Assembly (NCBI GenBank): GCA_038256975.1
Contig: JBBSJU010000001.1
Span: 59,087-123,086, forward strand
Reading direction: 5' to 3'
Length of the DNA stretch: 64,000 bases
Origin: Minisyncoccia bacterium
Lineage (GTDB): Bacteria; Patescibacteriota; Minisyncoccia; Phycocordibacterales; UBA5272
Notes under the pieces: generated by a model
The model's input: the letters and a program-made list of their open reading frames with translations, nothing else
Database searches by the model: none
What the model was told of the DNA's origin: nothing
Made by a program: the position numbers and the translations under genes
Shown here: positions 10,013 to 19,671 of the stretch, piece by piece
How positions within the stretch are numbered: the first letter of the stretch is position 1
How the letters are laid out: the number at the start of each line of letters is the position of its first letter

Positions 10013-11101
10013 ATGAACCCATCTGAAAAAGCACTGACCGTAAACGTTAGTTTTGCCACTATCATCAAGGCGGTAGTGTTTTTGCTTTTTATTTATGCGC
10101 TTTTCCTTCTCAAAGAGTTGGTTATTATTGTGCTTGCCTCTATTGTTATTGCGTCTGCCATTGAGCCTGTGACGAGACTTCTTGAGCGTATCCGCATCCC
10201 TCGGCCTTTTGCTGTTGGAATAATCTTTTCGGCCCTTATTGCCATTGTGACGGCTGTCATCTATCTTTTTGTGCCAGTGCTTATTGAGCAATTTTCAGGA
10301 TTTATTCTCACTATTCCAGATTTTTTGTTACGCTTGAGCGCCTTCACACAAGGAAATACTTACTTTACTGAACTTGATATTTTAGGGGACATACAAGCTC
10401 AATTACAAAATGTCGATATTATTTCTTCAGTAAAAGCGGCACTCTTTGGCGTCGGTGGGGGCGTGATACATACCGCAGGTGCACTCTTTAACGGAGTTAC
10501 TCAACTTGTACTAATTACCGTGATATCTTTTTATTTTGCCGTTCAGGAAAAAGGAATCGAAAATTTTCTACGTGTGATCATTCCGCTCAAAAATGAAGCA
10601 TACGCGATTGATCTCTGGAAACGTTCTCAGGCAAAAATAGGGAAGTGGATGCAGGGACAAATGATACTTGCGCTTATCATGGGCACAATCGCATTCTTCG
10701 GCCTCTGGGTAATCGGACTCCGAGAATACGCACTCTTTCTGGCTATTTTAATTTCAATCACAGAACTTATTCCGCTTTTCGGTCCAATTCTCGCTATGAT
10801 CCCGGCTATTTTCCTCGGTTTTTCTTTTGGGGGAGCAGAAATAGGACTCTTGGTGACTGGCTTTTATATTATCCTTCAGCAGTTCGAGAATCATATCCTT
10901 GTTCCGTTGGTGAATAAGCAGTTAGTTGGCGTGCCACCACTTATGGTTATCCTTGCGCTTCTAATCGGAGCAAGTCTTCTTGGTTTTTGGGGTCTTATTC
11001 TTGCGGTGCCAATTGCAGCTGCAATACTTGAGTTTACACGAGATGTACTTACTCGTAAGGACAAGGCTCTCACAATGGCAAATATTTTAAGCGAACAATA
11101 A
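10013..11101 (+). CDS. AI-2E family transporter (PerM / UPF0118)
   Basis: 8 predicted TM helices with an architecture typical of the AI-2E/PerM family; 362 aa. Confidence 0.7.
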   Translation: MNPSEKALTVNVSFATIIKAVVFLLFIYALFLLKELVIIVLASIVIASAIEPVTRLLERIRIPRPFAVGIIFSALIAIVTAVIYLFVPVLIEQFSGFILTIPDFLLRLSAFTQGNTYFTELDILGDIQAQLQNVDIISSVKAALFGVGGGVIHTAGALFNGVTQLVLITVISFYFAVQEKGIENFLRVIIPLKNEAYAIDLWKRSQAKIGKWMQGQMILALIMGTIAFFGLWVIGLREYALFLAILISITELIPLFGPILAMIPAIFLGFSFGGAEIGLLVTGFYIILQQFENHILVPLVNKQLVGVPPLMVILALLIGASLLGFWGLILAVPIAAAILEFTRDVLTRKDKALTMANILSEQ

Positions 11102-11106
11102 TTTTT

Positions 11107-12564
11107 GTGAAAAAACCTTTTTACATTACAACAACCCTTCCATACGTTAACAGTGATCCGCATATTGGGTTTGCCATGGAAATTATCCGTGCCGATGTCG
11201 TTGCGCGATTTAAGCGTATTCAAGGTCATGACGTATTTTTTAATACTGGTACTGATGAACACGGCGCGAAGCTCTACGAAGCTGCACAGAAAGAAGGTGT
11301 AACTCCGCAGCAATATGTTGATGGCTACGCAGCACGGTTTAAGGAACTTGTATCTGTTTTGAATATTTCTGCGAATAACTTTATTCGTACCACAGATGCG
11401 CATCATGTTTTAGCTGCCCAAGAATTTTGGAAAAGAGCTGATGCAAATGGCGATATTTATAAAAAGAATTACAAAACAAAATATTGTATCGGGTGTGAAT
11501 TAGAAAAGACGGACAGTGAACTTGTAGAGGGGAAGTGTCCAATCCATCCCAATCGTGACATTGAAATCCGCGAGGAAGAAAATTACTTTTTCCGCTATTC
11601 AAAATATGGTCAAAAGTTACTTGATCTTTATGCTGCCCGACCAGATTTTGTTCTTCCTGAATCTCGTTTGAATGAAATGAAGGCGTTCATTGAGCGGGGT
11701 CTTGAAGATTTTAGTATTTCTCGCCTCGCGTCAAAAATGTCATGGGGTATTCCGGTTCCAGGAGATGAAGAGCATGTAATGTATGTGTGGTTTGATGCAC
11801 TCGTAAACTACGTTGCCGCAGTTGGGTGGCCTCATAACATGGGGGAATTTGAAAAGTGGTGGAATGAGTCAGGTGGCGTGGTGCAATATTGTGGAAAAGA
11901 CAATACGCGTCAGCAGTCAGCAATGTGGCAAGCAATGCTTATGTCTGTTGGAATAATCCCATCACAAAAGATAATCATTAATGGTTTTATCATGGGTGCT
12001 GATGGACAAAAGATGAGTAAGTCAATTGGAAATGTAGTTAACCCTTTTGAGATTGTTGATGAGTTCAAAGATCTTGCTCATGCACCAGAAGAGGTGGTTC
12101 GTTTTGTGGTCACGCATGATTTTTCTTCTTTCGAAGATAGCCCAGCTTCGCGTGAGTATATTCGTAATTCATACTCAGCACAGCTTGCAAACGGTGTCGG
12201 TAATCTTACAAGTCGCATCATGAAGCTGTCAGAGACATATCTTACTGAACCTGTTCACGAACAAGCAACCCATTTTGCATCTGAATACATAGATGCATTT
12301 GAAAGGTACGATCTTCGCGACGCTATTGCGTATTGTATGCAAATTGTAAAACGTCTCGATACTCGTATCCAGGAAACAGAACCATTTAAAGTAGTGAAAG
12401 TTGAATCTGAAAAAGGAAAAGCGCTCATTACAGCTTTGGTGTACGACCTCGCTATTCTTGCGAGACACCTTGAACCATTTCTACCAAAAACATCTGCGGA
12501 AATATTGTCTTGTATCCGTACAAACAAAACGCCAAGCAAGCCTCTCTTTAACCGCCTTCCATAA
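11107..12564 (+). CDS. metG: methionine--tRNA ligase (short form lacking C-terminal tRNA-binding domain)
   Basis: PYVNSDPHIGFAMEI (HIGH-type) and KMSKSIGN (KMSKS); GTG start; 485 aa. Confidence 0.9.
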   Translation: MKKPFYITTTLPYVNSDPHIGFAMEIIRADVVARFKRIQGHDVFFNTGTDEHGAKLYEAAQKEGVTPQQYVDGYAARFKELVSVLNISANNFIRTTDAHHVLAAQEFWKRADANGDIYKKNYKTKYCIGCELEKTDSELVEGKCPIHPNRDIEIREEENYFFRYSKYGQKLLDLYAARPDFVLPESRLNEMKAFIERGLEDFSISRLASKMSWGIPVPGDEEHVMYVWFDALVNYVAAVGWPHNMGEFEKWWNESGGVVQYCGKDNTRQQSAMWQAMLMSVGIIPSQKIIINGFIMGADGQKMSKSIGNVVNPFEIVDEFKDLAHAPEEVVRFVVTHDFSSFEDSPASREYIRNSYSAQLANGVGNLTSRIMKLSETYLTEPVHEQATHFASEYIDAFERYDLRDAIAYCMQIVKRLDTRIQETEPFKVVKVESEKGKALITALVYDLAILARHLEPFLPKTSAEILSCIRTNKTPSKPLFNRLP

Positions 12565-12566
12565 CT

Positions 12567-13379
12567 ATGCAGTATCAATTTTTTGATATTCATGCTCATA
12601 TTCATGGCACTGAATATGACGCAGATCGTGATGGTCTGATGACTTCTTGTGCTCAGGAAAAAGTAGGAATCATTACTGTGGGTACGGACTACGAAGAGTC
12701 TGAAAAGGCAGTTTTGTGTGCACAAAAATATGAGCATGTTTTTGCAACAATTGGCATTCATCCAGTTGATCGTGTTTTAGATTTTGATTATGATCGGCTG
12801 AAAACAATCGCATTGAACGAAAAAGTTGTTGCTATTGGTGAGTGTGGACTCGATTACTATTGGCCGGCACATGACAATTGGAAAACAGGAGAGGAGATAG
12901 AGAAAGCCCGACAAAAGGAACTTTTTCAAAAACAAATAGAGCTTGCTGTAGAACTTAATCTTCCCCTTATGATTCATGGACGTCCGACAAAGAAGTCCAT
13001 GGATGCGTATGAAGATATTTTAGAGATTTTAAAAGAATGCCAAAAGGTACATGGTGCCAAAGTTCGGGGTAATGTGCACTTTTTTGCAGGTAACTTGTTT
13101 ATTGCAGAGCAATTTTGGAATCTTGGATTCACAACATCATTTACTGGAGTGATTACATTTACACATGATTACGATGAAGTGATAAAAATAGCTCCGCTTT
13201 CTATGCTCATGGCTGAAACTGATAGTCCGTACGCTACTCCTGTGCCACATCGAGGTACGCCGAATACTCCACTTTATGTTTGGCTTGTTTATCAAAAAAT
13301 AGCCGAGCTGAAAGGTGTCTCACTTCTAGAAGTGCAGAATCAATTTGAAGAAAATAGAAAACGAGTTTTTGGAATATAA
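12567..13379 (+). CDS. tatD: TatD family metal-dependent hydrolase / DNase
   Basis: FDIHAHI N-terminal His motif and TIM-barrel hydrolase pattern; 270 aa. Confidence 0.8.
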   Translation: MQYQFFDIHAHIHGTEYDADRDGLMTSCAQEKVGIITVGTDYEESEKAVLCAQKYEHVFATIGIHPVDRVLDFDYDRLKTIALNEKVVAIGECGLDYYWPAHDNWKTGEEIEKARQKELFQKQIELAVELNLPLMIHGRPTKKSMDAYEDILEILKECQKVHGAKVRGNVHFFAGNLFIAEQFWNLGFTTSFTGVITFTHDYDEVIKIAPLSMLMAETDSPYATPVPHRGTPNTPLYVWLVYQKIAELKGVSLLEVQNQFEENRKRVFGI

Positions 13380-13382
13380 GTC

Positions 13383-13500
13383 TTTTAAAAACCCGAGTTA
13401 TATATGCACACGTTCTCGCTTTGCCAAGCGAGCCGTTCCGCTCGACAGAATTTTCTGCTGAAAATTCGTCTGTGCGAGGCATATGTAATTCGGGTTTTTA
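13383..13500 (+). repeat. structured repeat element, family B copy 1 (79-nt conserved core at 13404-13482 inside a long closing stem)
   Basis: Core ATGCACACGTTCTCGCTTTGC.AAGCGAGCCG.TCCGCTCGA..GAATTTTCT...GCGAGGCAT recurs at 45373-45450. Flanking stem here is TTTAAAAACCCGAGTTATAT / ATGTAATTCGGGTTTTTAAA. Confidence 0.5.
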
Positions 13501-13563
13501 AAGTTCGGGAAAAGTTGACATATATACACTTTCTCGGTATGAATATGTTAAACCTCGCACAGT

Positions 13564-13788
13564 GTGAGGAGCATGGAGTGGGTCATGATGGTTATTGTAG
13601 TGATTGTTAAGTTGGTACTCATGATTGTGGGTCTTTGGTTGCTGACCCTGTTTGGCATGATTACCGCCCCTAATCTGTATGAATACGGAGAGAGTGAGCT
13701 ATTTCCAAAGGCGGTAAAGATTGTGTTGAGAAGGTATTTACTCGGAGGAATCACGGCAATTTTTCTCGCCGTGTTTATCCCGTACTGA
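13564..13788 (+). CDS. small hypothetical membrane protein (2 TM)
   Basis: Own -35/-10 at ~13515-13545 (TTGACA-17-TATGAAT) and own intrinsic terminator downstream; 74 aa, hydrophobic. Confidence 0.35.
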   Translation: MRSMEWVMMVIVVIVKLVLMIVGLWLLTLFGMITAPNLYEYGESELFPKAVKIVLRRYLLGGITAIFLAVFIPY

Positions 13789-13809
13789 TTTTTCAAGTTC
13801 CGAAAGCTC

Positions 13810-13848
13810 GCAGTGCGGCTTTCGGGCTTTCGTTTTTTATAGAGACAC
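13810..13848 (+). terminator. intrinsic terminator
   Basis: CCGAAAGC..GCTTTCGG stem followed by a T-run. Confidence 0.5.
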
Positions 13849-13896
13849 TAAAGGATTATTTTTTATATACAAAGGTGCGGTATACTTAAAGGACGC

Positions 13897-16629
13897 ATGA
13901 ATCCATCGTTTCTTCCGCAGCAATTTAAAAATCCTGAAGAAGAGATTGCCTATTTGCGTTCAAAACTTTTTGAGCGTGAGACACAAATGAAGGAAACTGG
14001 CGGGCAATTATCTGCTCCTGAGATTATGAAAGTGGAAGTGGATAGGTATCAGCAGATTCCTGTCGAAAAAGCTCTCACTCCACAATACGCTCTTTCACAG
14101 GGAGAGGTGGGGGGTATTGTGCTTAATCTTACGCCGCGCTCAACGGATGAAAAAGTAAGCGAGCTTTTGGGAATCTTTTTAGATAAAGGGTTACGGAATA
14201 CCCTGAGCGTTCTTGAACAAATGAAAAATCCAAGCCTCGACGACGACTTTCATCGCTTCCTTGTTCAATACATTGCTTCAGGACAAGACCCAAAAGATGT
14301 TCGCAAGGTGCCAGAGGAAATGAAGGGAGTGGACATGGTTCTTTACGAAATCTCGCTTCCCGCAGAAGAGACGAGTGATAAAGCGAAGTCGTTTAAAGAA
14401 CTTGTGGCGTCAATGGAGCAGTTCTATGCTGGGATGCTTGCTATTTCAGATGGCAAGGATAATTCAAATAAAAATTATTTCTCTCTTGAAATTGCACTTT
14501 CAGCCGAAAGTGATGAGATTATTTTTTATGCAGCAGTGCCACGCGAACGTCGGGAGCTTTTTGAAAAGCAGATCATTGGTGTATATCCAAAAGCTCGTCT
14601 CAAAGAACAGGTGAATGATTATAATATTTTTAATAATGAGGGTGCCTCATATGGGATGACGGCAGAATTTACCGAAAGTGCGGCGCTCCCCATAAAAACA
14701 TACGAGCAATTTGAGGCCGATCCTGTACAAGTTATCTTGAGCTCGTTCTCAAAACTCAAACACACTGGTGAGGGTGCGGCAGTGCAGTTTCTTATTCGTC
14801 CAGCAGGCGCAAAGTTCATTGAACGCTACGGAAAGATGCTCGATAAAATAAAGAAGGGTATGACGCTCAAAGAAGCAGTGAAGGAAGAAAGTACTGCGTA
14901 TTTGGTTGGCAAAAAGACGCTTAATTTTGTTTTTGGTGGCGAAAAAAAGAAAGATGAGAAAGTGACTATTTCACATGTTGAAGAAGATGCAACCCGTCTG
15001 ATTGTGGACAAAATAAAAAGTACCATCGTGGAAGTAAACATACGTGTCATTGCTTCAGCAGAGACAGTCGAGCGAGCACAAGGGATTATTAAAGATGTTA
15101 TTTCTGGATTTCACCAGTTCACTGAAACAAAAGGCAATCAGCTGACGTTTGATGTCAAAAAAGCTAAAGCGAACACTCGGTTATTCCATGACTTCAGTTA
15201 CCGTATTTTCCGAGAAAATGAAGTGTTGCCGCTTAACTTAAAAGAGCTGACAACTCTTGCGCACTTTCCAAGCTCTACAGTTGGTTCAAATCAGCTTAAG
15301 ACTGCTCAAGCAGCACAAGCGCCTGCGCCACTTGATTTACCAGTGTCAGGAACGCTTATCGGTGTCAACAAGTATCGGAGCACAGAGACAAAGATTTTCA
15401 TGACTCCTGATGATCGGGTGCGTCACATGTATGTTGTAGGACAGACAGGAACAGGTAAGACAAGTATCTTGAAAAACATGATTATTCAGGATATTCAAAA
15501 TGGTGATGGTTGCTGTTTTATAGATCCACACGGTACGGATGTGCAAGATATCTTAGCAAGTATCCCTCCAGAGCGTGCAAAAGATGTGGTGTATTTTGAC
15601 CCAGCATACACAGCACGGCCGATGGGACTCAATATGCTTGAATACGATGTTCGTTTTCCTGAACAGAAGACATTTGTAGTTAATGAGCTCTTGAGTATTT
15701 TCAACAAACTTTTTGATATGAAGACTGCTGGCGGGCCGGCATTTGAACAATACTTCCGCAATTCAGCTCTTCTAGTGATGGAACATCCAGAAAGCGGAAA
15801 TACCCTTCTTGATATTTCACGTGTGCTCTCTGATAAAAATTATCGAGCCTATAAGCTTTCTAAATGCCAAAATCCACTTGTGTCGCAGTTTTGGGCAAAC
15901 GCTGAAAAGACAACAGGTGATCAAGGTTTACAGAACTATGTTCCGTATATCACTAATAAATTCGACAATTTTCTTTCAAATGAAATCATGCGACCGGTAG
16001 TTGCTCAAGAGCACTCTGCTTTCAATTTCCGCGATATCATGGATCAGAAAAAGATACTCCTCGTCAATCTTTCGAAAGGTCGTCTCGGTGACATTAATGC
16101 GAATCTCATTGGACTTATTTTGGTTGGGAAGATCCAAATGGCCGCACTTTCTCGTGTGGATATGTACGGACAAAAGATGAACGATTTTTATCTCTATATC
16201 GATGAGTTTCAAAATGTCACGACCGATTCCATCGAGTCTATTCTCTCAGAAGCCCGAAAGTATCGTTTGAGTCTCAACTTAGCTCATCAGTACATTAGCC
16301 AAATCCCTGAAAATATTAAAGGTGCCGTGTTTGGAAACGTGGGTTCCATGGCAGTCTTTCGGGTTGGTGTCGAGGATGCTGAATTTTTGGCAAAACAATT
16401 TGAGCCGATTTTTACCGCGAATGATATTTTGAAAATTGAAAACTATAATGCGTATGTCAAAATGCTTTCTCGGGGTATTCCTCAGAAACCATTTAATATT
16501 AGTATTCTACCTCCAGCGAAGGGTAATCTAGAAATTGTAGAGCAACTTAAACAGCTTTCATATATGACATTTGGGCGAGACAGAACAGAGGTTGAAGCGG
16601 AAATCGCTCAAAAGTACACGCCCGTCTAG
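13897..16629 (+). CDS. TraD/TrwB/VirD4-like (type IV coupling protein-type, DUF87 / TraM-recognition) P-loop ATPase with a ~490-aa uncharacterised soluble N-terminal domain
   Basis: Walker A VVGQTGTGKTS followed 17 aa later by FIDPHG (as in the TrwB/TraD GTGKS...DPNG arrangement). Walker B YLYIDEFQNV. Then ARKYRLSLNLAHQYISQIPENI... (TraG/TraD C-terminal pattern). No TM segment; 910 aa. Confidence 0.65.
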   Translation: MNPSFLPQQFKNPEEEIAYLRSKLFERETQMKETGGQLSAPEIMKVEVDRYQQIPVEKALTPQYALSQGEVGGIVLNLTPRSTDEKVSELLGIFLDKGLRNTLSVLEQMKNPSLDDDFHRFLVQYIASGQDPKDVRKVPEEMKGVDMVLYEISLPAEETSDKAKSFKELVASMEQFYAGMLAISDGKDNSNKNYFSLEIALSAESDEIIFYAAVPRERRELFEKQIIGVYPKARLKEQVNDYNIFNNEGASYGMTAEFTESAALPIKTYEQFEADPVQVILSSFSKLKHTGEGAAVQFLIRPAGAKFIERYGKMLDKIKKGMTLKEAVKEESTAYLVGKKTLNFVFGGEKKKDEKVTISHVEEDATRLIVDKIKSTIVEVNIRVIASAETVERAQGIIKDVISGFHQFTETKGNQLTFDVKKAKANTRLFHDFSYRIFRENEVLPLNLKELTTLAHFPSSTVGSNQLKTAQAAQAPAPLDLPVSGTLIGVNKYRSTETKIFMTPDDRVRHMYVVGQTGTGKTSILKNMIIQDIQNGDGCCFIDPHGTDVQDILASIPPERAKDVVYFDPAYTARPMGLNMLEYDVRFPEQKTFVVNELLSIFNKLFDMKTAGGPAFEQYFRNSALLVMEHPESGNTLLDISRVLSDKNYRAYKLSKCQNPLVSQFWANAEKTTGDQGLQNYVPYITNKFDNFLSNEIMRPVVAQEHSAFNFRDIMDQKKILLVNLSKGRLGDINANLIGLILVGKIQMAALSRVDMYGQKMNDFYLYIDEFQNVTTDSIESILSEARKYRLSLNLAHQYISQIPENIKGAVFGNVGSMAVFRVGVEDAEFLAKQFEPIFTANDILKIENYNAYVKMLSRGIPQKPFNISILPPAKGNLEIVEQLKQLSYMTFGRDRTEVEAEIAQKYTPV

Positions 16630-16652
16630 CTTTTTGCTATACTTCAGCCTAT

Positions 16653-17255
16653 ATGACACACCCAAAGAAAGAGCGTACATTTGTAATTTTAAAGCCAGAC
16701 GCTATTCAGCGTGGACTTGTGGGAGATATTCTCTCCAGATTTGAAAAGTCAGGACTCAAAACAGTCGCAATGAAAATGGTTGTTGCAACCGAAGAGCAGT
16801 GTTTTGCGCACTATAATAAGGATGACGCATGGTTTGAAAAGAAGGGGGCAAAGGTAGTTGAAAATATGAAATCACGTGGTGTAGAGCCAACAAAGCCTGC
16901 CATTGAGTATGGTAAAGATATTGTACGGGCACTCGCAAAGTACATGACAGCTGGCCCATCAATTTGTCTTGTATTTGAAGGAAATAAATCCGTCGCTGTG
17001 GTGACAAAGCTTGTAGGTGGCACGGAGCCAACAACATCTGATGTGGGAACTATCCGTGGCGACCTTACTTTAGATTCATACGATGCTGCAAATTTTGATG
17101 CACGCGCAGTACGTAACCTTGCACATTGTTCAGAGAGTCCTGAAGAGGCGCTACGAGAAATTCCTATTTGGTTTAAAGAAAATGAAATCATTTCGTACAA
17201 TCATATTCAAGACGCTATTCTCTACGACGTGAATCTTGACGGCATTCTTGAATAA
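16653..17255 (+). CDS. ndk: nucleoside diphosphate kinase (extended C-terminus)
   Basis: ERTFVILKPDAIQRGLVGDILSRFEKSGL and the active-site His context NLAHCSES (NxxHgSDS). Confidence 0.85.
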   Translation: MTHPKKERTFVILKPDAIQRGLVGDILSRFEKSGLKTVAMKMVVATEEQCFAHYNKDDAWFEKKGAKVVENMKSRGVEPTKPAIEYGKDIVRALAKYMTAGPSICLVFEGNKSVAVVTKLVGGTEPTTSDVGTIRGDLTLDSYDAANFDARAVRNLAHCSESPEEALREIPIWFKENEIISYNHIQDAILYDVNLDGILE

Positions 17256-17258
17256 TTC

Positions 17259-17702
17259 ATGGAACACCTCACTGTACAAGTAAGTGAAATGATTCACGCT
17301 CCAATACAAAAAGTATTTGATTTTATTGTTGATCCTACACAAACACCAAAGGCGATGACTGGTTCTATAGAGAACACAAATATCTCCGAACTTCCACTTA
17401 AGAAAGGCTCAACATATAACTATAAATATAAAATGCTCGGGGTGACACTTGATGGTGTGTGGGAGGTAAAACAAATTGAATCACCAAAAATGTATTCAGC
17501 ACGAACTATTGGTGATGCTGAAAGTGAATGGAATTATGAACTTCAGGAAGATGCGGGGGTAACACATATTATTCTCACCATTACGTATAAGCCGCCAGAG
17601 AATGTTTTTGATCGAGTAAAGATGAGTGCGATGATAAAAGTGAATGAATTGGAGGCAAAAAACTTTCTACATAATCTGAAGGTATTGACTGAAGAAGAGT
17701 AG
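17259..17702 (+). CDS. SRPBCC (START / polyketide-cyclase-like) fold protein
   Basis: 147 aa; the N-terminal pattern IHAPIQKVFDFIVDPTQTPKAM resembles SRPBCC ligand-binding domain starts. Confidence 0.4.
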   Translation: MEHLTVQVSEMIHAPIQKVFDFIVDPTQTPKAMTGSIENTNISELPLKKGSTYNYKYKMLGVTLDGVWEVKQIESPKMYSARTIGDAESEWNYELQEDAGVTHIILTITYKPPENVFDRVKMSAMIKVNELEAKNFLHNLKVLTEEE

Positions 17703-17902
17703 AAGATATACTGGATACAGGTGTCGCACGTGTATCTTTCTTAACACTTGGTAAGGGAATGCGATATCCGTGTGTGCTGTGGCATATACATGAGCGATCC
17801 CACTTGAATTTTTTAGTTCAGGTACACCTGTTGGCACCTATAAAAAATATCACTCAGAAATGGGTGGTATTTTTTGTTTGTGCACTCTGATACAATACGA
17901 GC

Positions 17903-18289
17903 ATGTCCAAAGCTCTCTATGGAAGCACCTTCTTGTCTGTAGGCGTTCTCTCTTTTTTGCACTGGTATGCACTCAAGCAGCATCTCTATTTTTTTTATCC
18001 AACACTTGATATCTTCATGCATCTTTTTGGCGGGTTTACTGTTGGACTCTGTGCGGTGATAGCGATTTCCTTTTTCTTTAGAAACCTACCACCTAAAGTC
18101 CTCTACGCTCTTGTATTTTTATTTGTGCTCTCAAGCGGGGCATTGTGGGAAGTGTTTGAATTATATTTAAACTTTGAATTTAATTTAAAAAATTTTAGCC
18201 TGCAAGATACGATGGCAGATCTTGTAAATGATTTAGTAGGTGGGACAATTGCCCTGTATCTAGCCTACAAAAAACACTGGTATGCCTAG
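17903..18289 (+). CDS. hypothetical integral membrane protein
   Basis: 4 predicted TM helices; 128 aa. Confidence 0.4.
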   Translation: MSKALYGSTFLSVGVLSFLHWYALKQHLYFFYPTLDIFMHLFGGFTVGLCAVIAISFFFRNLPPKVLYALVFLFVLSSGALWEVFELYLNFEFNLKNFSLQDTMADLVNDLVGGTIALYLAYKKHWYA

Positions 18290-19664
18290 TAAACAAGTAA
18301 GTATTTCATTCGAGAGTGGCGCTCGTTCAGTAACGGGCTCTAATTTTTTGATTGAGTTTGGAAATAAAAAGTTTTTGGTTGATTGTGGCCTCGAACAAGG
18401 AAGTAAGTATGCTGATGAACAAAACCATGATCCGTTTGCATACGATCCATCCTCTATTGACGTGCTTTTTGTAACGCATGGACACTTAGATCATGTAGGA
18501 AGAATTGGAAAACTCGTGAAAGATGGTTTTCGAGGTCAGATATATTCAACACCACCAACAAAAGAAATAGGTGAGCTTGTGATGATAGATAGTATGAAAA
18601 TTGTAAACAGGGCAGCTGAGGAGGATCAAAAAGAGCCACTCTATTTACAAGGAGATGTAGATAATGCTCTTGCGCGTTGGAATACAAAAGATTATCACGA
18701 ACCAATGATATTTGATTGCGAGGGAGAGCCGCTTACAGTTACATTTCGTGACGCTGGGCACATTCTAGGCTCTTCGATGGTTGTTTTTTCATATAGAGGT
18801 ACAAAAATAGCGTTTACGGGCGACCTCGGGAATACACCTTCGACACTTATGGCAGATACTGAAATCATGCGCGATATTGATTACCTTGCTATTGAAAGCG
18901 TATATGGTGACCGTAATCACGAGATGCATTTTGAACGAAAACAAAAGTTACAAGATATAATTTTACGCACCGTTAAAGAAAAAGGGATTCTCATCATTCC
19001 AGCATTTTCGGTTGAACGTACGCAGGAACTCTTATTTGAGTTGAATGATATGGTTGAAAACAAAGAGGTCCCTCGGGTACCAACATATCTTGACTCACCA
19101 CTTGCAATAAAAGTAACAGATGTTTTTAAGCGAAACAAAAAATATCTCAATAAAAGTGTGCAAGAACGAATGAAATCTGATGACATTTTTGATTTTCCAG
19201 GACTCATTCGGGTGGCTGATAGTGAGGAGTCAAAAGCAATAAAAGAAGTTCCTGGTCCAAAAATAATTATTGCAGGAGCTGGCATGATGAATGGTGGGCG
19301 AGTGATCCATCATGCAAAAAATTATCTTAACAATCCTCACGCAACACTCCTTGTTGTCGGCTATCAAGCGCCAGGTACACTCGCACGGCTTCTGGTGGAC
19401 GGTATAAAAACAGTTCGAATATTTGGTATCGAAGTTGCGGTTCGTGCTAGGGTAGAAACCCTTACTGGCTATTCAGCACATAAAGATTCTGACGATCTTG
19501 TTTCTTTTGTCGAACCAATGGTTGGACGACTTAAAAAGGTGTTTGTCATTTTGGGCGAACTAAAAGCTTCTCTTTTTCTCGCACAACGTATAAAAGATAC
19601 CTATAATGTCGATGTGTCGGTTCCTGACAAGGGTGACAAAGTAATCGTGCCACTGGTACAATAG
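18282..19664 (+). CDS. MBL-fold beta-CASP ribonuclease (RNase J / CPSF-like hydrolase)
   Basis: FVTHGHLDHVGRIGKL (HxHxDH metallo-beta-lactamase motif) and beta-CASP-like C-terminal region; 460 aa. Confidence 0.75.
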   Translation: MPSKQVSISFESGARSVTGSNFLIEFGNKKFLVDCGLEQGSKYADEQNHDPFAYDPSSIDVLFVTHGHLDHVGRIGKLVKDGFRGQIYSTPPTKEIGELVMIDSMKIVNRAAEEDQKEPLYLQGDVDNALARWNTKDYHEPMIFDCEGEPLTVTFRDAGHILGSSMVVFSYRGTKIAFTGDLGNTPSTLMADTEIMRDIDYLAIESVYGDRNHEMHFERKQKLQDIILRTVKEKGILIIPAFSVERTQELLFELNDMVENKEVPRVPTYLDSPLAIKVTDVFKRNKKYLNKSVQERMKSDDIFDFPGLIRVADSEESKAIKEVPGPKIIIAGAGMMNGGRVIHHAKNYLNNPHATLLVVGYQAPGTLARLLVDGIKTVRIFGIEVAVRARVETLTGYSAHKDSDDLVSFVEPMVGRLKKVFVILGELKASLFLAQRIKDTYNVDVSVPDKGDKVIVPLVQ

Positions 19665-19671
19665 AGCAAAC

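Noticed and set aside
9944-10291. 115-aa Lys/Arg/Asn-rich ORF on the minus strand
   Set aside because: Low-complexity; fully overlaps the AI-2E transporter gene in antisense.
17703-17902. Partial palindrome GATACAGGTGTCGCACGTGTATC in the intergenic region before the 17903 membrane gene
   Set aside because: Only 5-bp perfect arms; not convincingly an operator. Probably part of an ordinary promoter region.
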